Part shown: piece after piece, positions 28,252 to 35,801 of the stretch
Layout of the letters: every line of letters starts with the position of its first letter
Position numbering within the stretch: the stretch's first letter is position 1
DNA from: a virus
Length of the DNA stretch: 64,000 bases
Virus genome (UHGV): UHGV-0214148
Direction: 5' to 3' (one strand)
Notes under the pieces: generated by a model
Seen by the model: only the letters and a program-made list of their open reading frames with translations
What the model was told of the DNA's origin: nothing
Databases searched by the model: none
Made by a program: the position numbers and the translations under genes

Positions 28252-28683
28252 TTAACGAACGTTGTGTGCTAAGTACATCAGGGTACGGGTGTCGATATCA
28301 CGAGAAGTTTGTGACATCTGACTCAGTAGAGCGCTGGCAGTAGGGTCATTGTAAACGCGACTTAACCACTCGTCAACCATTTCTGGTACAGTGTCGACCA
28401 GAAGCGGATAGTTAAGATTTTCCAGCGTGTATTCAACGAATTCGTGCATCAGATTCTGGTCACGATGCATAGTGTCACCTAACTCACCTACAGGGTACTC
28501 TTCGCGAGGACGTTTGCCCCAGCTACAGATGTGCATGTAGTTAGTATTCACAATTTCCTGATATTCTTCTAACTTAACTAAATCGAAATCAGTATTTGGA
28601 CGACAGAAACCTGCTAAAACGCCCAGAGCAATAGGGTTGTTACGAATGTAGTTACGGATATCATCTTTTAATACGAAAAACAT
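28252..28683 (-). CDS. hypothetical protein (143 aa), paralogue of 29550..29978
   Basis: Shared D.R.YIR..P N-terminus and overall pattern. Confidence 0.55.
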   Translation of the reverse strand: MFFVLKDDIRNYIRNNPIALGVLAGFCRPNTDFDLVKLEEYQEIVNTNYMHICSWGKRPREEYPVGELGDTMHRDQNLMHEFVEYTLENLNYPLLVDTVPEMVDEWLSRVYNDPTASALLSQMSQTSRDIDTRTLMYLAHNVR

Positions 28684-28715
28684 TTTAATACTCCTTTAGG
28701 TAAATACAATAATAG

Positions 28716-28735
28716 AGGGGTGGTTTACCACCCCT
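28716..28735 (-). terminator. intrinsic terminator
   Basis: Stem AGGGGTGG/CCACCCCT. Confidence 0.45.
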
Positions 28736-28759
28736 TAGATGAATCTAGAACGTCGTTAA

Positions 28760-29527
28760 TTAACGACGTTTTTGACAATTAGGACAATCGCAATCTTTGT
28801 TGTAAATATCAAAAATCTTTTCGAGAACCATGGCACGTGCTTTTTCGATATAAGAATCCGTTGAAACTATTCGCATAAAGTTCGTTAATGATTTGAAAAC
28901 CTCAACATCGTTGTCGATCAAAACGGTGAGCGTTTCACCTTTGTAAACGGATTGATGAATTTTCTCCTTGTGTTCGTGAACAGCCACACGCATGAGTTCA
29001 TCAGCGGTATCTTTTCCGATACCATGAATCGAAATAAGTCGAACAGCGTCGTTATCGATCAGCTTAACGATAGAACGAATATCTTCCATGAGGTTACGAT
29101 CGTCTTTCTTCAATCGAACGAGGAGCTTGCTGTTATCCCAGTAAATGCCTAAATCGTCGTGATAGAGGGTCTCTAACGCTTCTTTAATTTCCTTAATCTT
29201 CTTACCTTCGTACCAGAGGACGTGCGGTTCGTCTTTCTGCTGTTTTTCGGCCTCGGCTTTCGGTTGTTCAGTCTCGGTCGTTTCTACCCAGGCGTTCGTG
29301 GTACCTTCTGCTGGGTTGAGTAACTCACCGATTTCTTTCGCAATAGTGTCACAAAGATAATCGTTGCTGTGAGTCCAGTAGAACACGATGCTTTCATCAT
29401 TGAGTTGTTCTACACGGAAATGCACACCTTTATCCAGGAATATGCGATAAAGTTGATCGAGTAACTGTGCTTCAGGAACCGGACGGATTTCAGTTTTAAC
29501 GAGCGGGGTAATTTCGATACTAAACAT
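28760..29527 (-). CDS. hypothetical protein (255 aa)
   Basis: ORF length; first gene of the second copy of a duplicated two-gene module. Confidence 0.55.
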   Translation of the reverse strand: MFSIEITPLVKTEIRPVPEAQLLDQLYRIFLDKGVHFRVEQLNDESIVFYWTHSNDYLCDTIAKEIGELLNPAEGTTNAWVETTETEQPKAEAEKQQKDEPHVLWYEGKKIKEIKEALETLYHDDLGIYWDNSKLLVRLKKDDRNLMEDIRSIVKLIDNDAVRLISIHGIGKDTADELMRVAVHEHKEKIHQSVYKGETLTVLIDNDVEVFKSLTNFMRIVSTDSYIEKARAMVLEKIFDIYNKDCDCPNCQKRR

Positions 29528-29549
29528 GTCATTTTTTCCTTTTGGTAAA

Positions 29550-29978
29550 TTAACTGTAATTGTGCTTAAAGAACTCTAAAGCACGCTGGTCGTTTGTAAT
29601 CGCCGTTGTGGACATTCGTTTTAACGCCTGGCGACAGTAAGGGTCATTAAGAATACGTTGCTGCCAAGCATTGACTATTTCCGTCACTGTTTCCCCTTCT
29701 ACAGCAGTGTTAAGTTTATCGAGGCAGTGTCGGCCTAACAGAAACGCAACCGCATAATCTGTAAACATCTCTGTGCCGAAAGGACCATCAGGATAATCGC
29801 AACGTTTACGTACTGAGGTTGCGGTAATGGAGTTATATGCGGTTTTTATTATCTCGTGAAATTGTTCCACAGTTAAGACGTTAACGTCAGTACCTGAAAG
29901 CGTAAGTGATGCCAGTACAGGAATACTGGCTGGGTACTTACGGATATAATCACGCAAATCTGAATTGAGCGTCTTCAT
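29550..29978 (-). CDS. hypothetical protein (142 aa), paralogue of 28252..28683
   Basis: Paralogy; overlaps the upstream gene by 29 nt. Confidence 0.55.
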   Translation of the reverse strand: MKTLNSDLRDYIRKYPASIPVLASLTLSGTDVNVLTVEQFHEIIKTAYNSITATSVRKRCDYPDGPFGTEMFTDYAVAFLLGRHCLDKLNTAVEGETVTEIVNAWQQRILNDPYCRQALKRMSTTAITNDQRALEFFKHNYS

Positions 29979-30726
29979 TCTTGAACCCCTTTGTTTTTAT
30001 CCAATATAAGCAATTTGTACCAACCTGAACTGGTTCGATCCTATCGAGTTCTTCCATCAAAGCCAGATAAGTCTGCCAAACGATTTGACGTTCGAGGAAA
30101 AATGATGTTGTGCCATTAGACCTAACACAAGCACGTACCAGGTGCTCGGTTTGTGAAAACTGTATATTAACGTTGTTCAGGACACGTTGAATAGTATCAG
30201 AATCGTAATGCGCGAAACGATCTTTGTGTACCAGAACCAACTCTATAGGCGTGGAATCGTCATTGACTGAAAAAGGTTCGTCAATACGAATAAGGTTATT
30301 CCGGTGAGGTACCCCATCATAACCGAGCGTATAAACATCCATACCTTCCCCTGGGTTACAGTCGAAATACTCCAGAAGTTTATCAGCGTTTTTCTCCGCC
30401 GAACGTTTAAAGTAAACAATATAAACGCCATGACTAACCTTCTCAACTTCGTATACTTTTTCGGAGAGTGCCCTGAAGATTGCCATGACGTTTAATCTTC
30501 CTTTGTCTTTAGCAACGTAACTTGCAACTAAACACGTTGCTTCACCACGAAGAACATCGTCAATGAACTCTTTTGCTCGTTTTAATTCATCCTCGTTAAA
30601 ACCACCGATAGTGAGCTCATTCCCACAAATCTGATAAGCAAGATGTGGAGTAACGTTTTTCAGGAAACTCGTAATGATGTGCGTGTATGCCCAAAGACTA
30701 CTATTCTTAAACTCGATAGTTTTCAT
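29950..30726 (-). CDS. hypothetical protein (258 aa)
   Basis: ORF length. Confidence 0.55.
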   Translation of the reverse strand: MKTIEFKNSSLWAYTHIITSFLKNVTPHLAYQICGNELTIGGFNEDELKRAKEFIDDVLRGEATCLVASYVAKDKGRLNVMAIFRALSEKVYEVEKVSHGVYIVYFKRSAEKNADKLLEYFDCNPGEGMDVYTLGYDGVPHRNNLIRIDEPFSVNDDSTPIELVLVHKDRFAHYDSDTIQRVLNNVNIQFSQTEHLVRACVRSNGTTSFFLERQIVWQTYLALMEELDRIEPVQVGTNCLYWIKTKGFKNEDAQFRFA

Positions 30727-30759
30727 TTTATTTTCCTTTTGGTTTTACAAGTCGAAATA

Positions 30760-30786
30760 ATAGGGTAAGGGAATCCCTTACCCTAT
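30760..30786 (-). terminator. intrinsic terminator
   Basis: 12-bp stem ATAGGGTAAGGG/CCCTTACCCTAT. Confidence 0.6.
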
Positions 30787-30793
30787 AGCGTAA

Positions 30794-31300
30794 TTAAACG
30801 TTGAAGTTAAAACGTACGTCTAAGATATTGGATATAAGATTGAAAAGTTCAACTTTGGTAGCTAAACCGGCTCTTAAGTAAACGTCAAAGCTATCCTTAC
30901 GGAAACTAAATTTAACCGAACTACCTAGCTCCTTTCTGAATTCGTCATAAAGTTCGTACTTATCGACATCCGTTAAGTCTTTATCGAATTCTACCGTGAA
31001 GCGATATTTTTCTTTGGCTTCCATTCCTTTAGTGTAAACCGCACATTTAGCGGTGGTGGTACCGACGATTTCGCACACCATATTGAACATTTCCTCATCG
31101 GTACGTACTGCGGCGGTGTAACCAATATCGATGGAGTCTTTACGGAAACCCATAAAGAACAACGCACCGAAGTGTTTGCGGAAAGCTTTATACAGCGCAT
31201 CTTTTTCATCTTCGGTTAATACGTAGTCCAGTTCAACAGTAAACTTGTAATCTTCTTTAGAAACGAATTCTTTAGCATAATCAACTTTAGTGAAGTTCAT
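30794..31300 (-). CDS. hypothetical protein with internal tandem duplication (168 aa)
   Basis: Two roughly 80-aa halves share K..Y.FTVE.D..LT...K..LY..FRK..G.....FRKDS.D. Confidence 0.55.
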   Translation of the reverse strand: MNFTKVDYAKEFVSKEDYKFTVELDYVLTEDEKDALYKAFRKHFGALFFMGFRKDSIDIGYTAAVRTDEEMFNMVCEIVGTTTAKCAVYTKGMEAKEKYRFTVEFDKDLTDVDKYELYDEFRKELGSSVKFSFRKDSFDVYLRAGLATKVELFNLISNILDVRFNFNV

Positions 31301-31346
31301 GGTATATTCTCCTAAAATGGTTTTTCGTTAAGTGAGAGCTTTTGTA

Positions 31347-31372
31347 CCCTCACCTAAGTAATATATATCTGA
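31347..31372 (-). promoter_or_regulatory. conserved 26-bp promoter-like element, copy A
   Basis: CCTCACCTAAGTAATATATATCTGA, nearly identical to copies at 35726 and 55204, each 47-76 nt upstream of a minus-strand start codon. Confidence 0.45.
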
Positions 31373-31383
31373 AATTATTTTTA

Positions 31384-31686
31384 TTAAAACCCCGCAATAA
31401 AACTACCTAGCGAGACACGCTGTAGGTATTTTGGTTTGCGTGCCAGGTAACAGTTCTTAGGATTACCTATTGCCATCTGCGCAACTGCACGTTCTAAACG
31501 CGGTGCTTCTAAGATGGCGCGATAGTTCCCTTCGTAATGCATTAACCACGCACACTCTTCAACGAAACGTTTTGCTTCGCGATAATCTAACGTACGAATT
31601 AACTTCTTGCCCCGGTATTGTTTTACATCACCGTTTTGACAAAATACAATAGTTTCACGATTCATTGATAATCTCCCAGAATTCAC
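31384..31686 (-). CDS. hypothetical protein (100 aa)
   Basis: ORF length. Confidence 0.5.
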   Translation of the reverse strand: MNSGRLSMNRETIVFCQNGDVKQYRGKKLIRTLDYREAKRFVEECAWLMHYEGNYRAILEAPRLERAVAQMAIGNPKNCYLARKPKYLQRVSLGSFIAGF

Positions 31687-31792
31687 GTACTAAATTACTT
31701 TTATATCCTTCAACCTCGGCACGACAACCTTTTGAGATTTTCTCAAGCACTGTCAGCCCACCCTCTTTAGATAGCTTACCTTCGCAGATCAA

Positions 31793-31951
31793 TTAAGATA
31801 TTGCACAGAGCTTGTAATAAAGTTCCCATTGTTCGGTGATTGATTTCGACTGTACCTTGATCAGTTCATCTTGCGTAGCAATAAGTTTTTCGCTGATCTC
31901 ACAGACATCGCATTTCTTACGTTTAAAGAATTCGATTAGTTTAAAAACCAC
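31793..31951 (-). CDS. small CxxC protein (52 aa)
   Basis: GTG 31951 with AGAGGAGGT SD 5-6 nt upstream; overlaps the upstream stop by 11 nt; the track gives a longer ATG version 31793..31984. Confidence 0.4.
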   Translation of the reverse strand: MVFKLIEFFKRKKCDVCEISEKLIATQDELIKVQSKSITEQWELYYKLCAIS

Positions 31952-32252
31952 TGTTACCTCCTCTGGCAATCCAGGTCGCCACACGCATATGGGCGTCTTG
32001 AAAAGATGAGATCAGTAAGATCACACCGCCTAACGTACGAGGTACGCGTAAGGCTTCGAAACGTCGGCAGTAAGAGCGTACACAATACTCGGAACCTAAG
32101 ATAACGATTTCGCAGTATTCTGAACGAATCGGTAGTAATTGAGAAACGAGTTTATCGCACGTTTCTTTGTTGTCTTCTAATAACCCGCCACTGAGAATAT
32201 AATTGACAATGTTCTCAGGTGCCGATGTGTTCGCGATTTTATTTTCCATCAT
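31941..32252 (-). CDS. hypothetical protein (103 aa)
   Basis: ORF length. Confidence 0.5.
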   Translation of the reverse strand: MMENKIANTSAPENIVNYILSGGLLEDNKETCDKLVSQLLPIRSEYCEIVILGSEYCVRSYCRRFEALRVPRTLGGVILLISSFQDAHMRVATWIARGGNSGF

Positions 32253-32650
32253 TAAACTCCTATTGTGATCTCCGTAATGTGCATTCTTCGCATCTCACGG
32301 GTCATTCTCTCCATTGCTCGTTGACACTCGAATAAATTGTCGTAGTATTTCTGGGCGGTAACATTGAATAAAACTCGACCATCTTTCAATTGTTTAGCAG
32401 CGACTCTTATAGTTTCCGATTCAAACAACCGACCGCCTCCCCTGCCAACCTTAACCATAACGTCACGAATAGTAACGTTTATAAGTTCACCGTTAGGGGA
32501 AGTCACAACCTCCGTATACCAGTCACCTTCTTTAACGACATATTGTACTCTTTTACCACACAGCCAGTTTTTAACTTTCCCGTTAACAAACAGTTGGGCT
32601 TTTAATGACAAACGCCTTTTTAAGTAAAATAAACGCATCATGTAAATCAC
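32252..32650 (-). CDS. hypothetical protein (132 aa)
   Basis: ORF length. Confidence 0.5.
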   Translation of the reverse strand: MIYMMRLFYLKRRLSLKAQLFVNGKVKNWLCGKRVQYVVKEGDWYTEVVTSPNGELINVTIRDVMVKVGRGGGRLFESETIRVAAKQLKDGRVLFNVTAQKYYDNLFECQRAMERMTREMRRMHITEITIGV

Positions 32651-32654
32651 CTTA

Positions 32655-32679
32655 TCTCCCTCGGCGTTCCCGAGGGAGA
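32655..32679 (-). terminator. intrinsic terminator
   Basis: Stem TCTCCCTCGG/CCGAGGGAGA. Confidence 0.5.
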
Positions 32680-32684
32680 GCTAA

Positions 32685-32966
32685 TCACAGTTTCTCTTCT
32701 ATTGTATCTAATCGAACTAACGCATCGTGACTGACTTTACGTGCATGTCCAATCGTACTGCCTAAAGCTTTTGTTGTTGGGTCTAAGGTATTCAGACGGT
32801 GATACTGATAATCGATATCCCGTATACAACGCGCCTGTTGTTTTACCATCCGAATTAATTGTCGTTTGGTTTGACGATTGTTACTAAGTTCCTGCCGTAA
32901 CCGTGCGTTTTCTTTATAAAGCTCCTGTTGACGTGAGTTAATTAATCCCAACAACCAATCTAACAT
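32685..32966 (-). CDS. hypothetical coiled-coil protein (93 aa)
   Basis: ORF length; charged helical pattern. Confidence 0.5.
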   Translation of the reverse strand: MLDWLLGLINSRQQELYKENARLRQELSNNRQTKRQLIRMVKQQARCIRDIDYQYHRLNTLDPTTKALGSTIGHARKVSHDALVRLDTIEEKL

Positions 32967-32968
32967 TT

Positions 32969-33484
32969 TTACCCCCGGTGCAAGAAAATACGGTTAGTGT
33001 TTTCGAATTTCGGTTCCGTCCACTCTAGTTCCCAGTAAGCCTGGTTAATATCGCGAGACGTAAGTTTCAAATTCGAAACGCCGGGGATATCGATCTGTTG
33101 CAGTAAATTAATAATCGTCATCAGCTCTTTACGAGGACGGTTCCAGATAACTTCAAGATATTCCTTTAGGCGTTCTGGGTAAGCGACAGGACGAATATAA
33201 ACTAACCCAGAAGGATACTCAATTGCTGAGGGCGTTCTTGGCACTAACCAAACCCAGTCTTTTAATAGCGGTCCTGGGTGATAGTTGGAGAGTTGGGTAA
33301 GCGCGTTTGCGACCGAACAGCAACGGAAGTAGGTGATATCCCAATCGCGTTCATGACAATTTCGCGCAACGATAACTTTTAAACGGTCAATAGGTTTACC
33401 GTCGATGGTCGTAACACCAGGTTGATTCGCCAGAATCTGACGTTCACGTTTAGTGTAAAGATTCATGTTAATATTTACTGACAT
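32969..33484 (-). CDS. hypothetical protein (171 aa)
   Basis: ORF length; AAAGGAG SD. Confidence 0.5.
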   Translation of the reverse strand: MSVNINMNLYTKRERQILANQPGVTTIDGKPIDRLKVIVARNCHERDWDITYFRCCSVANALTQLSNYHPGPLLKDWVWLVPRTPSAIEYPSGLVYIRPVAYPERLKEYLEVIWNRPRKELMTIINLLQQIDIPGVSNLKLTSRDINQAYWELEWTEPKFENTNRIFLHRG

Positions 33485-33510
33485 TTAATGCTCCTTTAGG
33501 TAAATGGTGT

Positions 33511-33519
33511 GGGGGGGGG
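33511..33519. repeat. G9/C9 homopolymeric tract, intergenic
   Basis: Nine consecutive G on the plus strand between the stop at 33534 and the start at 33484. Confidence 0.6.
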
Positions 33520-33533
33520 TAGTTAATGCTTCG

Positions 33534-34376
33534 TTATTTAAGATTCTGAATTTCTCTCATCTCGTTACAAAACTTATCAAACAACTGGGCGTATTTGTCA
33601 ATGTGATTTTCGAACTCCCCAAAAAGGTGGCGTGAAAGGCGTTCGCTGACTTCCTTTTCGTATTTCTCGAGAAGTTGTTTAAAATATTCACTGTCTCTCT
33701 TAATTTTCTTCACATGGGATTCCAAAACTTTAAGAATCCATGATTCGTTTCTGATCAAGAGATTCAAATTACCTTCAAGATATTTGCTTTGATAAATCAT
33801 AAATTCGCGGCCTTCGAGTTCATCTTTCACGCGTCGGATAAACTCGCCAGCATTGGCTTCGCTAATATCTTCAACTGTAAATACCAGAACATTTTCTCCC
33901 TCTATGTCTTCCAATAGTTGATTTAAAAGAACACGATAGCTAGTATATTCATAGTTCACCCTAAGTACGTTGTTTTCAACCAGATAAGTGAATTTGTCGC
34001 TGTAAAAAAGGTATAATATCGATCCAATTTTACCTGCTTGTTTGGGGGTAAGCGGAATCTCGTCTGTGAAGTAAGCGACGTCTTTTGCGGTGGGCTTGTC
34101 TTTTAGCCTACAAGTCATTTGATCGGGTATTTCTTGCCCTTTAGGCATCTCAACAGGCCGTACCAAAATATCCATAACTGCACTAATGAGCTTGTTAGAG
34201 AAATCGACCTCGCCTTCTACCCAGAAAATATTAAATGTTTCCGATTTAACTTTATAGTAAAAGGTGTACGTTTTTTGTAACTCAGCGATTTCCTTAATTT
34301 GTTCTTCTGTGGGGATAGGGGAGATCTTAAACCTGCTGATGACTTTTTCTTCTTCGGTGAGTTCGAACTGTAACAT
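33534..34376 (-). CDS. hypothetical protein (280 aa)
   Basis: ORF length. Confidence 0.55.
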   Translation of the reverse strand: MLQFELTEEEKVISRFKISPIPTEEQIKEIAELQKTYTFYYKVKSETFNIFWVEGEVDFSNKLISAVMDILVRPVEMPKGQEIPDQMTCRLKDKPTAKDVAYFTDEIPLTPKQAGKIGSILYLFYSDKFTYLVENNVLRVNYEYTSYRVLLNQLLEDIEGENVLVFTVEDISEANAGEFIRRVKDELEGREFMIYQSKYLEGNLNLLIRNESWILKVLESHVKKIKRDSEYFKQLLEKYEKEVSERLSRHLFGEFENHIDKYAQLFDKFCNEMREIQNLK

Positions 34377-34387
34377 GTTATAGTTCC

Positions 34388-34831
34388 TTAAATCATACCT
34401 GGGAATTCGAAATCGATTTTATCTAAAAGTTTGTAGTCGTCTTTTAGTTGAAGCATTAGTGTATTCTTAAACAGTTCAAGTGAACCGATAAAGTAAGCCG
34501 TATAGCAGCTACCACGAACAGAAGAGGAAAGACCCAAGTCTCTTAAACACTGTTTCAAGATTTCATGTTCTTCAGCGGTACCGAAAAGTTGGAAATTGAT
34601 AACGGTAATCTGTTTATTAATGATTGCCGATAACCATTCTTTAATTCTTCTCGTGGTTATACGTTCTTTGAAATCACTAGCTTCTGGCAACCAGGTAATG
34701 TGAACGAACGGTGCATCGTAATCCACGAGAACTTTTTGCTGCCAACGTACTTGCATCAAACCACGAATACGGTTTGCTAACGTTTCAGAATCACAAAGTA
34801 ACATAATGCCGTTAGTAGTATTTGGTTTCAT
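34388..34831 (-). CDS. hypothetical protein (147 aa)
   Basis: ORF length. Confidence 0.5.
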   Translation of the reverse strand: MKPNTTNGIMLLCDSETLANRIRGLMQVRWQQKVLVDYDAPFVHITWLPEASDFKERITTRRIKEWLSAIINKQITVINFQLFGTAEEHEILKQCLRDLGLSSSVRGSCYTAYFIGSLELFKNTLMLQLKDDYKLLDKIDFEFPGMI

Positions 34832-35679
34832 AATTGCCCTTCCTTCTTAATGTAATCTTCAACCAACTTATCAAACACGATTTTTATTTTCTCGCGTTCA
34901 TCTTCATTCAATTCACCAGAACAGGTTAGCCCATTTATCTTTCCGTACCGTAATTCCAACACATATTTCAACCGATGACGTAAGGCTTGTTCAAAATGCG
35001 TCGGGATATAGATCGGTTCGAAGTTGTGTAATAAAGTAAAATTGTCTTCGGTGTGTTTAGGGGGTTCGAATTTTACTTTATCTAAGATAGTAAGCCAACG
35101 GTGTCTGTCGACTAACCGATCGTCCCAATAAACCGGTTTTGTCTTAGAGGGAGTAAGTGTGTTGTAGTTACTGGAATCAGAGACACGGAAATTTGCCGTG
35201 ACATAAGTCTTCGAGAGTAACGAGAGAAGACAAATCGTACCTTCTTCAGAGAAACTTAAACCCTCGTCGAGTACGTCTTTAGCTTTCTTGAAGTAGTCCT
35301 CAATATAGTCTTCAGCAATTGGTTGAATTTCTACCTCCATACAGCTAATTTGGGGCCCGTCTATCCGTAAAGGAATTTTTAGTTCAGCAATATATTGCCT
35401 ATCCGATGTATAAGCTCGCGTAATAATAGGGTACGTAACAGGCTTAGCTAAATGACGATATTCGCCATCGCTAATGACTGAGAGACGTCCAAAGCCATCT
35501 TTATTCGATTTTGAAAAACTGTAAAGGTCTTTTAGATACTCCAGATACTGGTCATCCGTCATTTCATCGGTATCAAATTCACGAATGTAAAGTTGATTAA
35601 AAGATCCCTTTGTTTGTTCGTAGTAATAACCAGGGTCCCTATTTGCTAGAATGTGCGGGAGATAATACGGGTGATACAT
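34828..35679 (-). CDS. hypothetical protein (283 aa)
   Basis: ORF length; sits downstream of promoter-like element B. Confidence 0.55.
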   Translation of the reverse strand: MYHPYYLPHILANRDPGYYYEQTKGSFNQLYIREFDTDEMTDDQYLEYLKDLYSFSKSNKDGFGRLSVISDGEYRHLAKPVTYPIITRAYTSDRQYIAELKIPLRIDGPQISCMEVEIQPIAEDYIEDYFKKAKDVLDEGLSFSEEGTICLLSLLSKTYVTANFRVSDSSNYNTLTPSKTKPVYWDDRLVDRHRWLTILDKVKFEPPKHTEDNFTLLHNFEPIYIPTHFEQALRHRLKYVLELRYGKINGLTCSGELNEDEREKIKIVFDKLVEDYIKKEGQL

Positions 35680-35725
35680 CTAATCCTCCTTTAGGCTATA
35701 ACTAATGGAGTGAACGTAAATTTCA

Positions 35726-35752
35726 CTCTCTCCTAGGTAATATATATCTGAG
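35726..35752 (-). promoter_or_regulatory. conserved 26-bp promoter-like element, copy B
   Basis: CTCTCTCCTAGGTAATATATATCTGAG, 47-73 nt upstream of the 35679 start and just downstream of terminator 35766-35796. Confidence 0.45.
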
Positions 35753-35765
35753 AAAAAATATAAAA

Positions 35766-35796
35766 ACCGTAGGATGGACTAAGTCCATCCTACGGT
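35766..35796 (-). terminator. intrinsic terminator
   Basis: 14-bp perfect stem ACCGTAGGATGGAC/GTCCATCCTACGGT with a 3-nt loop. Confidence 0.65.
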
Positions 35797-35801
35797 TTAA
35801 A

